Positions 1 to 10,229 are shown, counted from the stretch's first letter. The stretch is 64,000 bases of DNA from Coprothermobacterota bacterium (GCA_036679065.1 JAZIGN010000004.1:131251-195250), one strand, 5' to 3'. The notes: generated by a model from the letters alone, not told the origin. Translations and numbers: made by a program.

Positions 1-1035
1 GGTACCGTTACAACGCCCGTTTACATGCCTGTAGCTACTAGAGGTGCAATAAGAGTTGCGCCTTTGCAGGAACTGGAACGCCTCGGCTACGAGCTTATCT
101 TGAACAATACTTACCACCTGGTTCTTAGGCCCGGGCTCGAGGTCCTAGAGCAGATTGGCGGTACCCATCGCTTCATGGGTTGGAAAGGAAACGTATTAAC
201 TGATAGTGGCGGTTTTCAAATCTATTCACTGAAGCATTCCATGAAGGTTAGAAGAAGTGGTTTGGAATTTAGGTCTCCCATTGACGGGACTAAGTTCTTT
301 TTCACACCTGAGTTTGTTGCACATGCGCAAAACGTCATAGGTAGCGATATCGCCATGCAATTGGATGTTTGCTTAGGTTATCCAGCACCTGACAATGAAG
401 CAAAGAAGGCAATGGATATGACAGTCGAATGGGGAGAGCGTTTCTTATCTGTGGAGCCGCTGCAGGGTCAAAAACGATTTGGGATAGTTCAAGGTGGCTT
501 TAGCAAGCACTTACGTCGTCAGAGCGCTGTGATGACCGCTTCTCTCCCATTCGATGGTTTCGCTATCGGAGGTCTCTCTGTGGGTGAGCCTGAAGAACTC
601 ATGTTTGAATTGACTAACGAGGTGTTGGATGCATTGCCAAAAAACGCGCCAAAGTACATGATGGGAGTTGGTGATCCTTTGCAAATCGTCGAGCTCGCAA
701 GCATGGGTATTGACATGTTCGACTGTGTTCAACCGACAAGGCATGCTAGACACGGCTGGGTTTACTCTTGGCGAGATGGTCCCATGGTCATCATTCGCGG
801 TAAGCACAAGTTTGATTTCAGGCCCCTGGAATATCAGCCACAATATACCTACAGTTACTTACATCACCTTTTCAAAGCTGGAGAACCACTGGGTCTATTA
901 ATTGCAACGGTGGAAAATCTTTCCTACATGGCAGATCTCATGGAGAAACTAAGAGCGTCCATTGAAACTGGATCTGTCAACAGTCTCAAAGATGAAATAC
1001 GTTACCAGTGGAGAAAAAGTATAATAGGTGAGTAG
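1..1035 (+). CDS. tgt: tRNA-guanine transglycosylase (queuine tRNA-ribosyltransferase), 5'-partial
   Basis: Frame open from base 1 (GTVTTPVYMPVAT). Motifs NTYHL, TDSGGFQ, GIVQGG, GGLSVGE and DMFDCV are present. Confidence 0.95.
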   Translation, partial: GTVTTPVYMPVATRGAIRVAPLQELERLGYELILNNTYHLVLRPGLEVLEQIGGTHRFMGWKGNVLTDSGGFQIYSLKHSMKVRRSGLEFRSPIDGTKFFFTPEFVAHAQNVIGSDIAMQLDVCLGYPAPDNEAKKAMDMTVEWGERFLSVEPLQGQKRFGIVQGGFSKHLRRQSAVMTASLPFDGFAIGGLSVGEPEELMFELTNEVLDALPKNAPKYMMGVGDPLQIVELASMGIDMFDCVQPTRHARHGWVYSWRDGPMVIIRGKHKFDFRPLEYQPQYTYSYLHHLFKAGEPLGLLIATVENLSYMADLMEKLRASIETGSVNSLKDEIRYQWRKSIIGE

Positions 1036-1099
1036 GATTTAAAGAATATTGTAAGACAACGTAAGGCAAGCACGTTATATTAATGAAGGAGGGCAAAGG

Positions 1100-2377
1100 A
1101 TGAGCAAAGAGTGGAAAATTGGTATCGCTGCGGCTCTTGTTGTGTTGAGCCTGTTGTTCTTGATTTTAGCGTTGCCGGTGAATTTGCCGGGTATCGGCTA
1201 TGACATGCAGAAGGTAGTACGCGACCAATGGGGTATAAAATTCAGATTTGGTCTGGACATAAAAGGCGGTGTGCAAATAACGCTGGAAGCAGTGCCTTAC
1301 GAGAACCAAACCCTTTCTCAAGATGATGTCAGTCAACTAAAAACCGTGTTGGAAAACAGAATCAATACGCTGGGTTTGGGTGAGATAAAGATCTATGATG
1401 ACCCGGGCGATTGGAAACGCATAGTTGTAGAGATTCCTGCTGATGTTCTTAGCGAAAAACAGATGGATGCCCAAGGAGTGGTGGATTTTCTTGGCAAACC
1501 TGCAAAGCTAGAGTTTATCGATCCTGAAGGTAACGTGGTAATTACTGGTGCCGATTTGAAGAGTGCATATGTTACCACTGACCAGGCTGGTCTTCCTGCT
1601 GTTGGTCTTGAGTTCACCTCGGAGGGGGCCAAGAAGTTCTACGATGCCACTTCAAAGTGGGTCGGGCAAAGAATTGAAATTAGACTAGATGGACAAGTGA
1701 TTTCCTCACCCACTGTTCAGGAAGCTATTTCGGGTGGAAAAGCTTCCATAACGGGCAGCTTTACTATAAGCGAGGCTCGGCAGTTAGCGGCTCTGCTTCA
1801 AGGTGGTGCTTTGCCCACACAGATAAAAGTAAGTGCACTCAGGAATGTAGGGCCCTCAGTGGGATCACAGGCATTACAGGCTATGGAGCTTTCTGGAATT
1901 GTGGCAGCCATAGCCATTGTGATCTATATGATATTGAACTACGGCGTGCTGGGAATGTTTTCTGTTCTTAGTTTGCTCAGTTTTATCATTTTGGATGCGG
2001 CGATCTACGTAGGCATGTTCAAAGCGGTTTTATCGCTTTCAGGTATTGGTGGCTTCATTTTGACTTTGGGCATGGCAATTGACAGCAACATCATTTTCTA
2101 CGAGAGATTCATGGAAGAGTTGAACAAAGGGAAAACCCCGCGAAGAGCGGTTCAAGATGCTTTTAGACATGCCTTTGTTACAGTGGTTGATTCAAACGTC
2201 TCGGTAATAGTAGTGTCTCTCATTCTTTTTTACCTTGGAGCTCCTACGCTTAGAGGGTTTGCTATAACGCTGGGTTTGGGTGGAGTATTGAATATTGTTC
2301 TGCCTTGGCTCTTGCTAGATCCCATCATGGAATTCTTTGTTTCTTCTAGGTCTGAGAAAGCGGAGGTGCAAGCATGA
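1100..2377 (+). CDS. secD: Protein translocase subunit SecD
   Basis: GLDIKGG, RINTLG, large extracytoplasmic domain, GMAIDSNI..YER, multiple TM helices. SD AAGGAGG. Confidence 0.95.
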   Translation: MSKEWKIGIAAALVVLSLLFLILALPVNLPGIGYDMQKVVRDQWGIKFRFGLDIKGGVQITLEAVPYENQTLSQDDVSQLKTVLENRINTLGLGEIKIYDDPGDWKRIVVEIPADVLSEKQMDAQGVVDFLGKPAKLEFIDPEGNVVITGADLKSAYVTTDQAGLPAVGLEFTSEGAKKFYDATSKWVGQRIEIRLDGQVISSPTVQEAISGGKASITGSFTISEARQLAALLQGGALPTQIKVSALRNVGPSVGSQALQAMELSGIVAAIAIVIYMILNYGVLGMFSVLSLLSFIILDAAIYVGMFKAVLSLSGIGGFILTLGMAIDSNIIFYERFMEELNKGKTPRRAVQDAFRHAFVTVVDSNVSVIVVSLILFYLGAPTLRGFAITLGLGGVLNIVLPWLLLDPIMEFFVSSRSEKAEVQA

Positions 2378-3261
2378 AGAACGTCTGGTTTGGTTTTCCT
2401 TTGTTTTCCGAGCTCCCTTTTGAAGTGGTTAAGAATAGGAAAAGATTTTACACGGTTTCCATTGTTATCATTCTTGTGGGTTTCCTTTTCATGGGTATCA
2501 ATTACACTAGGTACCATGAGCCGTTGAACCTTGGTGTTGACTTTAGCGGTGGAGTAGTATTTACTATTACGCTGCCAGAAGACAAGAGTGCTTCTGATTT
2601 GACAAAGATAGCTGTCGAAGTAGGTATTCATGATCCCATTGTAAGAAAATCAGGTGCTAATGAATACGAACTCAGAGCAAAAATAGATGAAGCTGCTCTT
2701 CCGACCATCAGGGAGTCATTGCAGGCTAGCGCTAGTGTTACTGACGAAAACTTTGTGGGCCCCTCTGTAGCTGGTTCACTCATAAAGAATGCTATTCTGA
2801 GTTTAGCCGTGGCGCTACTGGCACTGCTGGTTTACATTTCTGTCAGGTTCAGGTTCAAATATGGCTTAGCAGCTGTTTTGGCACTTGTTCACGACGTACT
2901 AGTTACTGTGTCCATCTTTGCGATTTTCTTCATACCCATAAACAGCCCGTTTGTGGCGGTGCTCCTTATCCTGGTTGGATATTCGCTGCAGGACAGCATA
3001 GTGGTGTTGGACCGAGTTCGCGAGAACAGGAAACTCAACAGCAAAGCTTCCGCAGCCGATGTGGTAGAAGCTGCCATACACTCCGTGTTTAGGCGGTCGC
3101 TGAATACATCCATCACTACTCTCATAGCTGCTGTATGCTTAATGATATTTGCATATAGATTTCTTCCTGACTTTACCACTGGCTTGACAGTGGGACTCAT
3201 AACAGGAACCTATTCAAGCATCTTCATAGCTGCATCTTTATTGGTTGATTGGGGTGAGTAA
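2374..3261 (+). CDS. secF: Protein translocase subunit SecF
   Basis: [43 protein letters not shown] overlap with secD. Confidence 0.95.
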   Translation: MKNVWFGFPLFSELPFEVVKNRKRFYTVSIVIILVGFLFMGINYTRYHEPLNLGVDFSGGVVFTITLPEDKSASDLTKIAVEVGIHDPIVRKSGANEYELRAKIDEAALPTIRESLQASASVTDENFVGPSVAGSLIKNAILSLAVALLALLVYISVRFRFKYGLAAVLALVHDVLVTVSIFAIFFIPINSPFVAVLLILVGYSLQDSIVVLDRVRENRKLNSKASAADVVEAAIHSVFRRSLNTSITTLIAAVCLMIFAYRFLPDFTTGLTVGLITGTYSSIFIAASLLVDWGE

Positions 3262-3263
3262 CA

Positions 3264-3791
3264 ATGCATGTAGATAATCTAAGAGAGTACATAAGAGACA
3301 TACCTGATTTTCCCACTGCAGGTGTTATTTTTAGAGACATAACACCTTTACTCAAGGACCCAGGTGCTTTTTCCACTACGGTTGATTGGATGGCTGATGC
3401 TGTGAGCTCTTTGAGGATTACGGCTGTGGCTGCTGTGGAAGCTCGAGGGTTTATATGGGGTGGTACTTTGGCTTATCGTTTAGGTGTGGGGTTCATTCCC
3501 ATCCGGAAACCTGGAAAGTTACCTTTTGAGGTAATAGAAAAAGAGTTTGAACTGGAATATGGCAGGGATGTTCTGCAAATACACAAGGATGCCGCAGGGC
3601 CTGGAGATTCTGTTCTCGTGGTAGACGATGTGCTAGCAACAGGAGGTACAGCCGAAGCAGCGGCTGACCTTATAAGAACATTAGGCGCGGACGTGGCTGG
3701 TTTTTGTTTTCTTTTGCGTTTAGGAGCCATGGACGGCTATGAACGTCTAAGCAAACAGGGCAAGAAGGTGGTTTACCTATTGACAGTTTAG
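3264..3791 (+). CDS. apt: Adenine phosphoribosyltransferase
   Basis: [42 protein letters not shown]. Confidence 0.96.
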   Translation: MHVDNLREYIRDIPDFPTAGVIFRDITPLLKDPGAFSTTVDWMADAVSSLRITAVAAVEARGFIWGGTLAYRLGVGFIPIRKPGKLPFEVIEKEFELEYGRDVLQIHKDAAGPGDSVLVVDDVLATGGTAEAAADLIRTLGADVAGFCFLLRLGAMDGYERLSKQGKKVVYLLTV

Positions 3792-5896
3792 AAGAACTTA
3801 AGGCTGAGCTTCTAAAAAGTGTCTCTTCATATTTAGGAAATTCTGAGAACATTGAGAAAGCGATCCAGTTCGCAAGCTTAGCTCATACTGGTCAGAAGAG
3901 ACGTTCTGGAGAAGACTACATGGTACATCCCCTCAGGGTTGCCCTCATTCTGGCTGAGTTGTATGCTGATGAGGAGTCCATAATTGCGGGGATTCTGCAC
4001 GACGTTGTGGAAGATACCCCTGTAACACTGCGGGATGTAGAAGAGAACTTTGGTACAGAGGTGGCGCTCCTAGTGGACGGCTTGACGAAGCTTAGGAAGT
4101 TGCCCAAAGGTACGGGCTGGGAAGGAGCGCAGAAAGAAAACCTTCGAAAGCTTTTCCTGAGTGCAGCGCAAGATCCACGTGTGGTCATAGTAAAGCTCGC
4201 TGATCGACTTCATAACATGCGGACTATTCAGTATCTGCCTGCAGACAAACAGAAGAGAGTGGCTAAGGAAACCTTGGACATTTATGCCCCATTAGCTCAT
4301 CGTCTGGGTGTTTACAGGATTAGGTGGGAACTGGAAGACCTTGCTTTCAAGACGCTTTATCCAGAACAGTATGAGTACATTTCCACATTGGTAAATCAAA
4401 AGCTAAAAGGACAGAAGGAAGTTATAGAAGAGGCCAGAGCCAAGGTCGAGGATATGTTGAAAGCGCGAGGTATGAAAGCCAGAGTAGAGGGGCGAGTCAA
4501 ACACCTTTACTCTGTCTATACCAAAATGCTCACGCAGAACAAAACCATTGACGAAATATTCGACCTCATGGGGCTAAGAGTAATTCTTGATACTGAGGAG
4601 GAATGTTACGTCACATTAGGGCTAGTTCACGCTTTGTGGCCACCCATACCAGGACGGTTAAAAGACTATATCGCTTTACCTAAACCGAACTTTTATCAGA
4701 GTTTGCATACCACAGTTATTGGTCCTGAAGGACTACCACTGGAGGTTCAGATCAGAACATGGTACATGCACCAAGTGGCTGAGTACGGTGTTGCAGCACA
4801 CTGGGCCTATAAAGAGGGTGTTACTCCTAAATCCACTTTAGAGAGGATCAATTGGCTGGAGCAAGTGTTTGCGTTTGAGGATGAGAAAGTGAAGAGCACC
4901 GACGAGATTACTCAAGCCGTGATGGACACGCTAAAGGAAGAAATACTCGTTTTCACTCCAAAAGGGGACGTGGTGTCACTACCAAAAGGAGCCACGGTGC
5001 TTGATTTTGCTTACAGAATACATACCGAGATCGGGCATCACGCTGTTGGAGCACGGGTAAATGGTGCTTGGGTACCATTAGATAAGCAGCTTGAAATGGG
5101 TGACCGAGTGGAAATAATAACCAGCAAGAATCGTTCTGGTCCAAGCATAGAGTGGCTAAAAATAGTAAAAACAGCACATGCGGCTGACAAAATAAACAGC
5201 TGGTTTCGTAAAAAGGATCGACAAGAGCTTATTGAAGATTCAAGAAGGCTACTGGAGGAATCTCTTAAAAGGTTCGATCTCACATACCAAGACTTCATCG
5301 ACACATTGAAATCCAGGAACATGAATGTAGAATCAATACTGCTTAACATCATAAAAAATCAGTCCTCGCTTGAGTTAGTACTTAAAAACTTAGGACTTGT
5401 TGAGCCTGAACCTGCTAAAGATGAGGAAAGTAAAGCAGTAGCGACGAAAGAACAAACATCAGTTAGCAGTGTGACTGGCATTCCATACCGCTTAGCGAAA
5501 TGTTGCAGTCCACTTCCCCCAGAGGACATTGTTGGAGTAGTAGAGAGTGGCCATGGCATAGTGGTTCATGCAGCTGATTGTAAGAATGTTAGCGATGCGA
5601 GCAAAACCATTGCACTGAGTTGGGATCAGCTGCACGGAGCTAGAAACAAGGACGGTTATCCCGTGGACATTAAAATTACTGCTAGAGACCGTTTGGGACT
5701 TTTAGCTGATATTGGTTCGGTTTTCGCTGTGGCTGGTTTGAACATTGATAAGATAACAGTGCAAAGGAGACAACGTATTGAACAGATCAAAATAGTGGTA
5801 GAAGTAAAACTGAGAAACAAGGACGATTTCCAGATCATACTTAATAAGCTATCCGAAATGCCAGAAATTATGGAAGTGTCAAAGGGTAAGCAATGA
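3779..5896 (+). CDS. relA: Bifunctional (p)ppGpp synthetase/hydrolase Rel; proposed ATT start at 3779 (first ATG is 3920)
   Basis: HD hydrolase (LHDVVED), synthetase (RLKDY, EVQIRT), TGS, CC and ACT domains. Homologous N-terminus [23 protein letters not shown] lies in frame upstream of the first ATG. Confidence 0.92.
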   Translation: MDSLEELKAELLKSVSSYLGNSENIEKAIQFASLAHTGQKRRSGEDYMVHPLRVALILAELYADEESIIAGILHDVVEDTPVTLRDVEENFGTEVALLVDGLTKLRKLPKGTGWEGAQKENLRKLFLSAAQDPRVVIVKLADRLHNMRTIQYLPADKQKRVAKETLDIYAPLAHRLGVYRIRWELEDLAFKTLYPEQYEYISTLVNQKLKGQKEVIEEARAKVEDMLKARGMKARVEGRVKHLYSVYTKMLTQNKTIDEIFDLMGLRVILDTEEECYVTLGLVHALWPPIPGRLKDYIALPKPNFYQSLHTTVIGPEGLPLEVQIRTWYMHQVAEYGVAAHWAYKEGVTPKSTLERINWLEQVFAFEDEKVKSTDEITQAVMDTLKEEILVFTPKGDVVSLPKGATVLDFAYRIHTEIGHHAVGARVNGAWVPLDKQLEMGDRVEIITSKNRSGPSIEWLKIVKTAHAADKINSWFRKKDRQELIEDSRRLLEESLKRFDLTYQDFIDTLKSRNMNVESILLNIIKNQSSLELVLKNLGLVEPEPAKDEESKAVATKEQTSVSSVTGIPYRLAKCCSPLPPEDIVGVVESGHGIVVHAADCKNVSDASKTIALSWDQLHGARNKDGYPVDIKITARDRLGLLADIGSVFAVAGLNIDKITVQRRQRIEQIKIVVEVKLRNKDDFQIILNKLSEMPEIMEVSKGKQ

Positions 5897-6321
5897 TAGT
5901 CGTTGTTTCTCGTGTAAGCAATGCTTCTATTGTCTGTGACGGCAAACCAATTGGATCGATTGGCAAAGGGCTTGTCTGTTTTGTCGGGCTAGAAAAGGGA
6001 GATACGGTGGATAATGTCAGAAAAGGTGCCCAAAAAGTATGCGAAATTAAAGTTTTTGAGAATGATGAGGGCCGTTTAGGGCTTTCTTTAAAGGATATCG
6101 AGGGCAGCGTGATGGCAGTTAGCAACTTCACCTTGGCTGGCGTAGTGGACGGCCGACGAATGTCTTTTGACAATGCTTTGCCGTTTGCTGAGGCTAAACC
6201 GCTCTTTGAGGAATTCTGCAAGGCTCTAAATACAGAGAAGAAAGTATGTAGTGTATTCGGGTCGTACATGGAAATCGCCATGAATCATGACGGCCCCGTG
6301 AATGTCATTCTAAGAACCTAG
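5893..6321 (+). CDS. dtd: D-aminoacyl-tRNA deacylase
   Basis: SNFTL (canonical SQFTL), GRRMSF, DGPV Gly-Pro motif. Conserved position after rel. Confidence 0.88.
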   Translation: MIVVVSRVSNASIVCDGKPIGSIGKGLVCFVGLEKGDTVDNVRKGAQKVCEIKVFENDEGRLGLSLKDIEGSVMAVSNFTLAGVVDGRRMSFDNALPFAEAKPLFEEFCKALNTEKKVCSVFGSYMEIAMNHDGPVNVILRT

Positions 6322-6522
6322 TGTGGCACAAAAGGTCCCAGATTTGGTGTGCCATGGCTACCGTTAATTCCCAGTGATTGTGAATAGTGCTTTAAGTAGT
6401 GAGTGTTATCACTAAACCTGTTATGGCATATAATCATTCTTAGTTGCGCTTGGCATATTATCTTGGCTAACGTGCCTATTTAGTTGGTCAGTCAGGCGTA
6501 AAGACGCGAGGAGGCGTTAAAC

Positions 6523-6867
6523 ATGGCAAAGAGTAATGCCAAAGAGGAAGCCAAGGAACTTAACGAAGGAATGGCACAGCTGGCTAACGAAATTCCAGGA
6601 GTGATGAAAGGCTTTAATGAAGTTCACCATGCTGCAACGGCTGATGGAGCTCTTTCCACAAAAGAGAAGGAACTCATTGCTTTAGGGATTGCCGTAGCGG
6701 TAAGATGTTCTCACTGTATTGTGGCACATGTGGGAGCAGCTCTGCAGGCAGGTGCAACCAGGGAAGAAATAATGGAAGCTCTGGGTGTAGCAGTGCTAAT
6801 GAGTGGAGGACCGGGAGTTACATACTCGATCGAAGCCATGAAGGTTCTTGAGGACTTCATGCACTGA
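6523..6867 (+). CDS. Carboxymuconolactone decarboxylase/AhpD-family protein
   Basis: GALSTKEKELIAL, CSHC..H motif, GATREEI.EA. SD GAGGAGG. Confidence 0.88.
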   Translation: MAKSNAKEEAKELNEGMAQLANEIPGVMKGFNEVHHAATADGALSTKEKELIALGIAVAVRCSHCIVAHVGAALQAGATREEIMEALGVAVLMSGGPGVTYSIEAMKVLEDFMH

Positions 6868-7159
6868 GCGATGAACCATTGAGAAGATTGAAGATGTTAC
6901 AAAGTTGCTTATGCTCATAGCTTAATCTGACCACACCATATGTTGATAACAAATTGGAACTAATCGTGCATCACTTAGAAAGTATAAGCGTCGGTTCGAC
7001 AAAGTGAGGAAAGGGAGTTCTGAGCGAAAAGCATGTTGGCCAGAACTCCCTCTTGAGTTTGTAGATGGATTTGTATTAGGCTTTAGTCAAGATCGTAAAT
7101 CTACTTTTGCCTAGAGGATTTACCGTATCCGCAGGGATCGTCAACAGATTAGGGGTGAT

Positions 7160-8086
7160 GTGGTGGGTGGTAACAACAGGATCATCGAGGTTGAGAGTTT
7201 AGAGAAATCCTATGGTGATGTGCATGCTGTAAAAGGCATTAGTTTTTACGTTGAGGAGGGTAGACTTTTTGCCTTTCTTGGCCCCAACGGTGCAGGGAAG
7301 TCTACCACGATTGATATACTCTGTACGGTCCTCAAACCAGACAGTGGTACTGTGATCATAGACGGCAGCGTTTTGGGAAAAGATGACGATGCCATAAGAA
7401 AGTCCATAGGAGTAGTGTTTCAGTATGGTGTTTTGGACGATGCACTCACTGTGAAAGAGAATCTTTTATTTAGAGCTTCTTTGTATGGTCTTCGCAGCGC
7501 AGAAGCTCAAAATGCGGTGGATTCTGCTTGCCAATTAGCTGCAGTAACCGACATCGCTGACCGGCCTTATGGGAAGCTTTCTGGTGGTCAGCGCAGAAGG
7601 TGTGATATAGCAAGGGCGCTGATTCACACGCCTAAGATACTGTTCTTGGATGAACCCACCACTGGCCTGGATCCGCAAACACGAAAACGAATGTGGGACT
7701 TAATTATTCATATGAAGGATAGCCTCGGCACCACAATATTTCTAACGACTCACTACATGGAGGAAGCAGCGGAAGCCGACTATGTCATTGTCATTGATGA
7801 CGGCAAAATTGTCGCCAAAGGTACCCCTTTGGAACTCAAAGAGAAATACGCTTCCGATAAGCTAATCTTAGTTAGTTCAGACATCCATAAAGTTGCTGGT
7901 CTACTTCGCACCATGGGTTTGGAATACGGCTTGAATGGTAATCACGTGACAGTTCCTTTGAGGACTTCACTGGACGCATTACCGTTGTTGGAACTTTTGA
8001 AAGATTACCTGATTTCCTTTGAAGTTGTCTTAGGCACAATGGACGAGGCATTCATCACTATCATAGGAAAGGAACTTAGAGAATGA
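7160..8086 (+). CDS. ABC transporter ATP-binding protein (exporter type)
   Basis: GPNGAGKST, LSGGQ, LFLDEPTTGLD, TTHY. Confidence 0.93.
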   Translation: MVGGNNRIIEVESLEKSYGDVHAVKGISFYVEEGRLFAFLGPNGAGKSTTIDILCTVLKPDSGTVIIDGSVLGKDDDAIRKSIGVVFQYGVLDDALTVKENLLFRASLYGLRSAEAQNAVDSACQLAAVTDIADRPYGKLSGGQRRRCDIARALIHTPKILFLDEPTTGLDPQTRKRMWDLIIHMKDSLGTTIFLTTHYMEEAAEADYVIVIDDGKIVAKGTPLELKEKYASDKLILVSSDIHKVAGLLRTMGLEYGLNGNHVTVPLRTSLDALPLLELLKDYLISFEVVLGTMDEAFITIIGKELRE

Positions 8087-8946
8087 TAGGGCTTGCTCGA
8101 AGGAACCTAACCGTATTCTTCCGCGATAAAGCAGCTGTTTTCTTTTCGCTCCTGTCTGCATTGATTGTATTTGGGCTTTACGTGTTTTTTCTTGGTGACT
8201 TGTGGACGTCAAACCTTAATACCATAGCTAACGGGCGAGAGATTATGGACAGTTGGTTGACTGCGGGCCTTTTAACAGTTACTTCTTTTACCACTGCCAT
8301 GGGTGCTTACGGTGTAATGGTGGAAGATAGAGTAAGAGGAATCTCTAAGGACTTCTATGCGAGTCCCGTTGGCAGGAAAGACATAGTGGGAGGTTATGTG
8401 CTGTCAGCGTTTATTACCGGACTCATCATAAGTGTTATTACGTTGTTACTAGGAGAGGTTTACATTGTGTCCAACGGAGGTAAATGGTTGGATATTTTCT
8501 CTTTCGCAAAGGTCATTGGTGTTTTGATAATCACTTCACTCATGAATAATAGTTTGCTCTTTGTACTTGTATCGTTCTTTTCCACTCCTGTCTCATTTTC
8601 AGCTGCAAGTACCGTGGTGGGGACACTGATCGGTTTCCTTACCGGCATTTATGTTCCTGCTGGGATGCTGTCTAGTTCTATGCAGTGGGTAATAAAGTTA
8701 TTTCCAGTTTCTCATGCGGGAGCTTTGCTCCGCCAAATAATCATGGATAAACCCATGTCAAGAGGATTTAGCGGAGTTCCTGCGAAGCAGGTACTCGAGA
8801 TCAAGGAAATCCTTGGAGTGGTGTTCTCTTTTGGAAATCAGCCTATGGAGCCTTGGATGCATGTGTTGGTTATTTTGGGGACTGCTGTAATCTTTTTTGT
8901 GTTGGGAGTGATTATCGTTTCGAGAACTAAGGGTTTTTCTAAATAA
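8083..8946 (+). CDS. ABC-2 type transporter permease
   Basis: About six hydrophobic helices; ATGA overlap with the ATPase. Confidence 0.85.
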   Translation: MIGLARRNLTVFFRDKAAVFFSLLSALIVFGLYVFFLGDLWTSNLNTIANGREIMDSWLTAGLLTVTSFTTAMGAYGVMVEDRVRGISKDFYASPVGRKDIVGGYVLSAFITGLIISVITLLLGEVYIVSNGGKWLDIFSFAKVIGVLIITSLMNNSLLFVLVSFFSTPVSFSAASTVVGTLIGFLTGIYVPAGMLSSSMQWVIKLFPVSHAGALLRQIIMDKPMSRGFSGVPAKQVLEIKEILGVVFSFGNQPMEPWMHVLVILGTAVIFFVLGVIIVSRTKGFSK

Positions 8947-8965
8947 GAGGGGTATAGAGATACTG

Positions 8966-9040
8966 TGGTGGAGATGACCGGATTCGAACCGGCGACCTCT
9001 TGCTTGCGAAGCAAGCGCTCTCCCACTGAGCTACATCCCC
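8966..9040 (-). tRNA. tRNA-Ala(CGC)
   Basis: GGGGATGTAGCTCAG...CTTGC-TTCGCAA-GCAAG...GTTCGAATCC...CCA. Confidence 0.95.
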
Positions 9041-9113
9041 ACACATTTTATTTTACCTTATTGCTCAGTATTTTTCATGGGGAGCACAGCAGAAAACGCT
9101 AGAAATGCCTTAC

Positions 9114-9143
9114 TTGACATAACTAACAGCCATAAGCTATAAT
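9114..9143 (+). promoter_or_regulatory. Sigma70/SigA promoter of the tRNA cluster
   Basis: TTGACA (9114-9119), 18 nt spacer, TATAAT (9138-9143). Confidence 0.85.
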
Positions 9144-9157
9144 GAAAAAGACCCCAA

Positions 9158-9245
9158 GCAGGGGTGGCGGAATAGGAAGACGCGCAGGATTGAGGGTCCT
9201 GTGGTTGCTGAGACCGTGCGGGTTCAAGTCCCGCCCCCTGCACCA
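9158..9245 (+). tRNA. tRNA-Leu(GAG)
   Basis: Acceptor GCAGGGG/CCCCTGC, anticodon loop TTGAGGG, long variable arm, CCA. Confidence 0.95.
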
Positions 9246-9249
9246 TGGT

Positions 9250-9324
9250 GGGCGGTTAGCTCAGCGGTAGAGCGCTTGCCTTACAAGCAAGAGGTCAGAG
9301 GTTCGAAACCTCTACCGCCCACCA
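9250..9324 (+). tRNA. tRNA-Val(TAC)
   Basis: Cloverleaf, anticodon loop CTTACAA, CCA end. Confidence 0.95.
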
Positions 9325-9328
9325 AAGC

Positions 9329-9405
9329 GGGCTCGTGGTGTAGGGGCCAAACACGCCGGCCTGTCAAGCCGGAGATCGGGGGTTCAAATCCCCTCGAGCC
9401 CGCCA
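9329..9405 (+). tRNA. tRNA-Asp(GTC)
   Basis: Acceptor GGGCTCG/CGAGCCC, anticodon loop CTGTCAA, G discriminator, CCA. Confidence 0.95.
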
Positions 9406-9412
9406 TTTTAGT

Positions 9413-9488
9413 GCCGAGGTAGCTCAGTCGGTAGAGCAGGGGACTGAAAATCCCCGTGTCGGCGGTTCGATTCCGTCCCTCGGCACCA
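9413..9488 (+). tRNA. tRNA-Phe(GAA)
   Basis: Cloverleaf, anticodon loop CTGAAAA, CCA. Confidence 0.95.
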
Positions 9489-9566
9489 TTTTTTGTTCTG
9501 CGTTCAAAAATCATCCTCGATAAGCAATTAAAGAAGTTAGACCACCTTTAAGGAGCTTAAAGTCTT

Positions 9567-9575
9567 TGGTATAAT
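9567..9575 (+). promoter_or_regulatory. Extended -10 promoter for tRNA-Gly/tRNA-Cys
   Basis: TGGTATAAT, 9 nt before tRNA-Gly. Confidence 0.6.
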
Positions 9576-9584
9576 TTACTAGGT

Positions 9585-9659
9585 GCGGGCATAGTTCAGT
9601 GGTAGAACATCAGCTTCCCAAGCTGAGGGTCGCGGGTTCGAATCCCGTTGCCCGCTCCA
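9585..9659 (+). tRNA. tRNA-Gly(CCC)
   Basis: Cloverleaf, anticodon loop TTCCCAA, TCCA end. Confidence 0.95.
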
Positions 9660-9664
9660 GAAGA

Positions 9665-9738
9665 GGCGCCTTGGCCGAGCGGTTAGGCACGGGACTGCAA
9701 ATCCCTGTAGGGCGGTTCGACTCCGCCAGGCGCCTCCA
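9665..9738 (+). tRNA. tRNA-Cys(GCA)
   Basis: Cloverleaf, anticodon loop CTGCAAA, TCCA end. Confidence 0.95.
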
Positions 9739-9746
9739 TATACTGC

Positions 9747-10229
9747 TTAGAGCTTGTAACCAATTTTTCTAAGGAGTTCCTTCCGATCATTGACGGCTTC
9801 ATCATCTTCGAAACCCAATGGGGAGAAACCATCTACCACACCCAGAACAGCATTTCCCACATCGGTCTTGGCGATTACTACTTGCATGGGATTAGCACCT
9901 GCAGCATATATGTGAGCAACTTCGGGAGTGTTCTTTATGGCATTTAGAACGTTGATGGGGTATCCGTTTTCCATTACGATAATGAAGAAGTGACCAGCAC
10001 TTATGTTCATAGCGTTCTTCTTAGCTAATTCGATCAACCTTTCATCATTGCCGCTAAACCTGATTAGCCGCGGACCAGAAGCTTCGTTGAACGCAAGTCC
10101 AAACCGTATGTTTGGGTTACTATTGACTATGGCCTCATGCAGATCTTCAACTGTTTTTATGAAGTGAGCTTGCCCTAAAATAACATTTTGCTCCTCTTCT
10201 TTCTCCACAGGCACCAACAAGATTTCCAT
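9747..10229 (-). CDS. DUF355 family protein (putative adenosine-specific kinase)
   Basis: ILGQAHFIKTVEDL, FGLAFNEASG..LIR..GND, ANP.QV, GVVDG, RK.LLR.IGYK. SD AGGAGGTG. Confidence 0.85.
   Translation of the reverse strand: MEILLVPVEKEEEQNVILGQAHFIKTVEDLHEAIVNSNPNIRFGLAFNEASGPRLIRFSGNDERLIELAKKNAMNISAGHFFIIVMENGYPINVLNAIKNTPEVAHIYAAGANPMQVVIAKTDVGNAVLGVVDGFSPLGFEDDEAVNDRKELLRKIGYKL

Noticed and set aside
6378..6413. Rex-like TTGTGAA site and AGTGA-N6-TCACT palindrome upstream of the CMD gene
   Set aside because: The second Rex half-site is missing and the palindrome is too short to support a call.
6322..8965. Genomic island integrated at the 3' end of tRNA-Ala (CMD plus ABC exporter)
   Set aside because: No integrase, and no duplicated tRNA 3' end at the other boundary beyond a trivial TGGTG.
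8838..9514. ORFs 8838..9044, 9058..9246, 9201..9422 and 9281..9514
   Set aside because: They overlap clear tRNA genes and are spurious translations.
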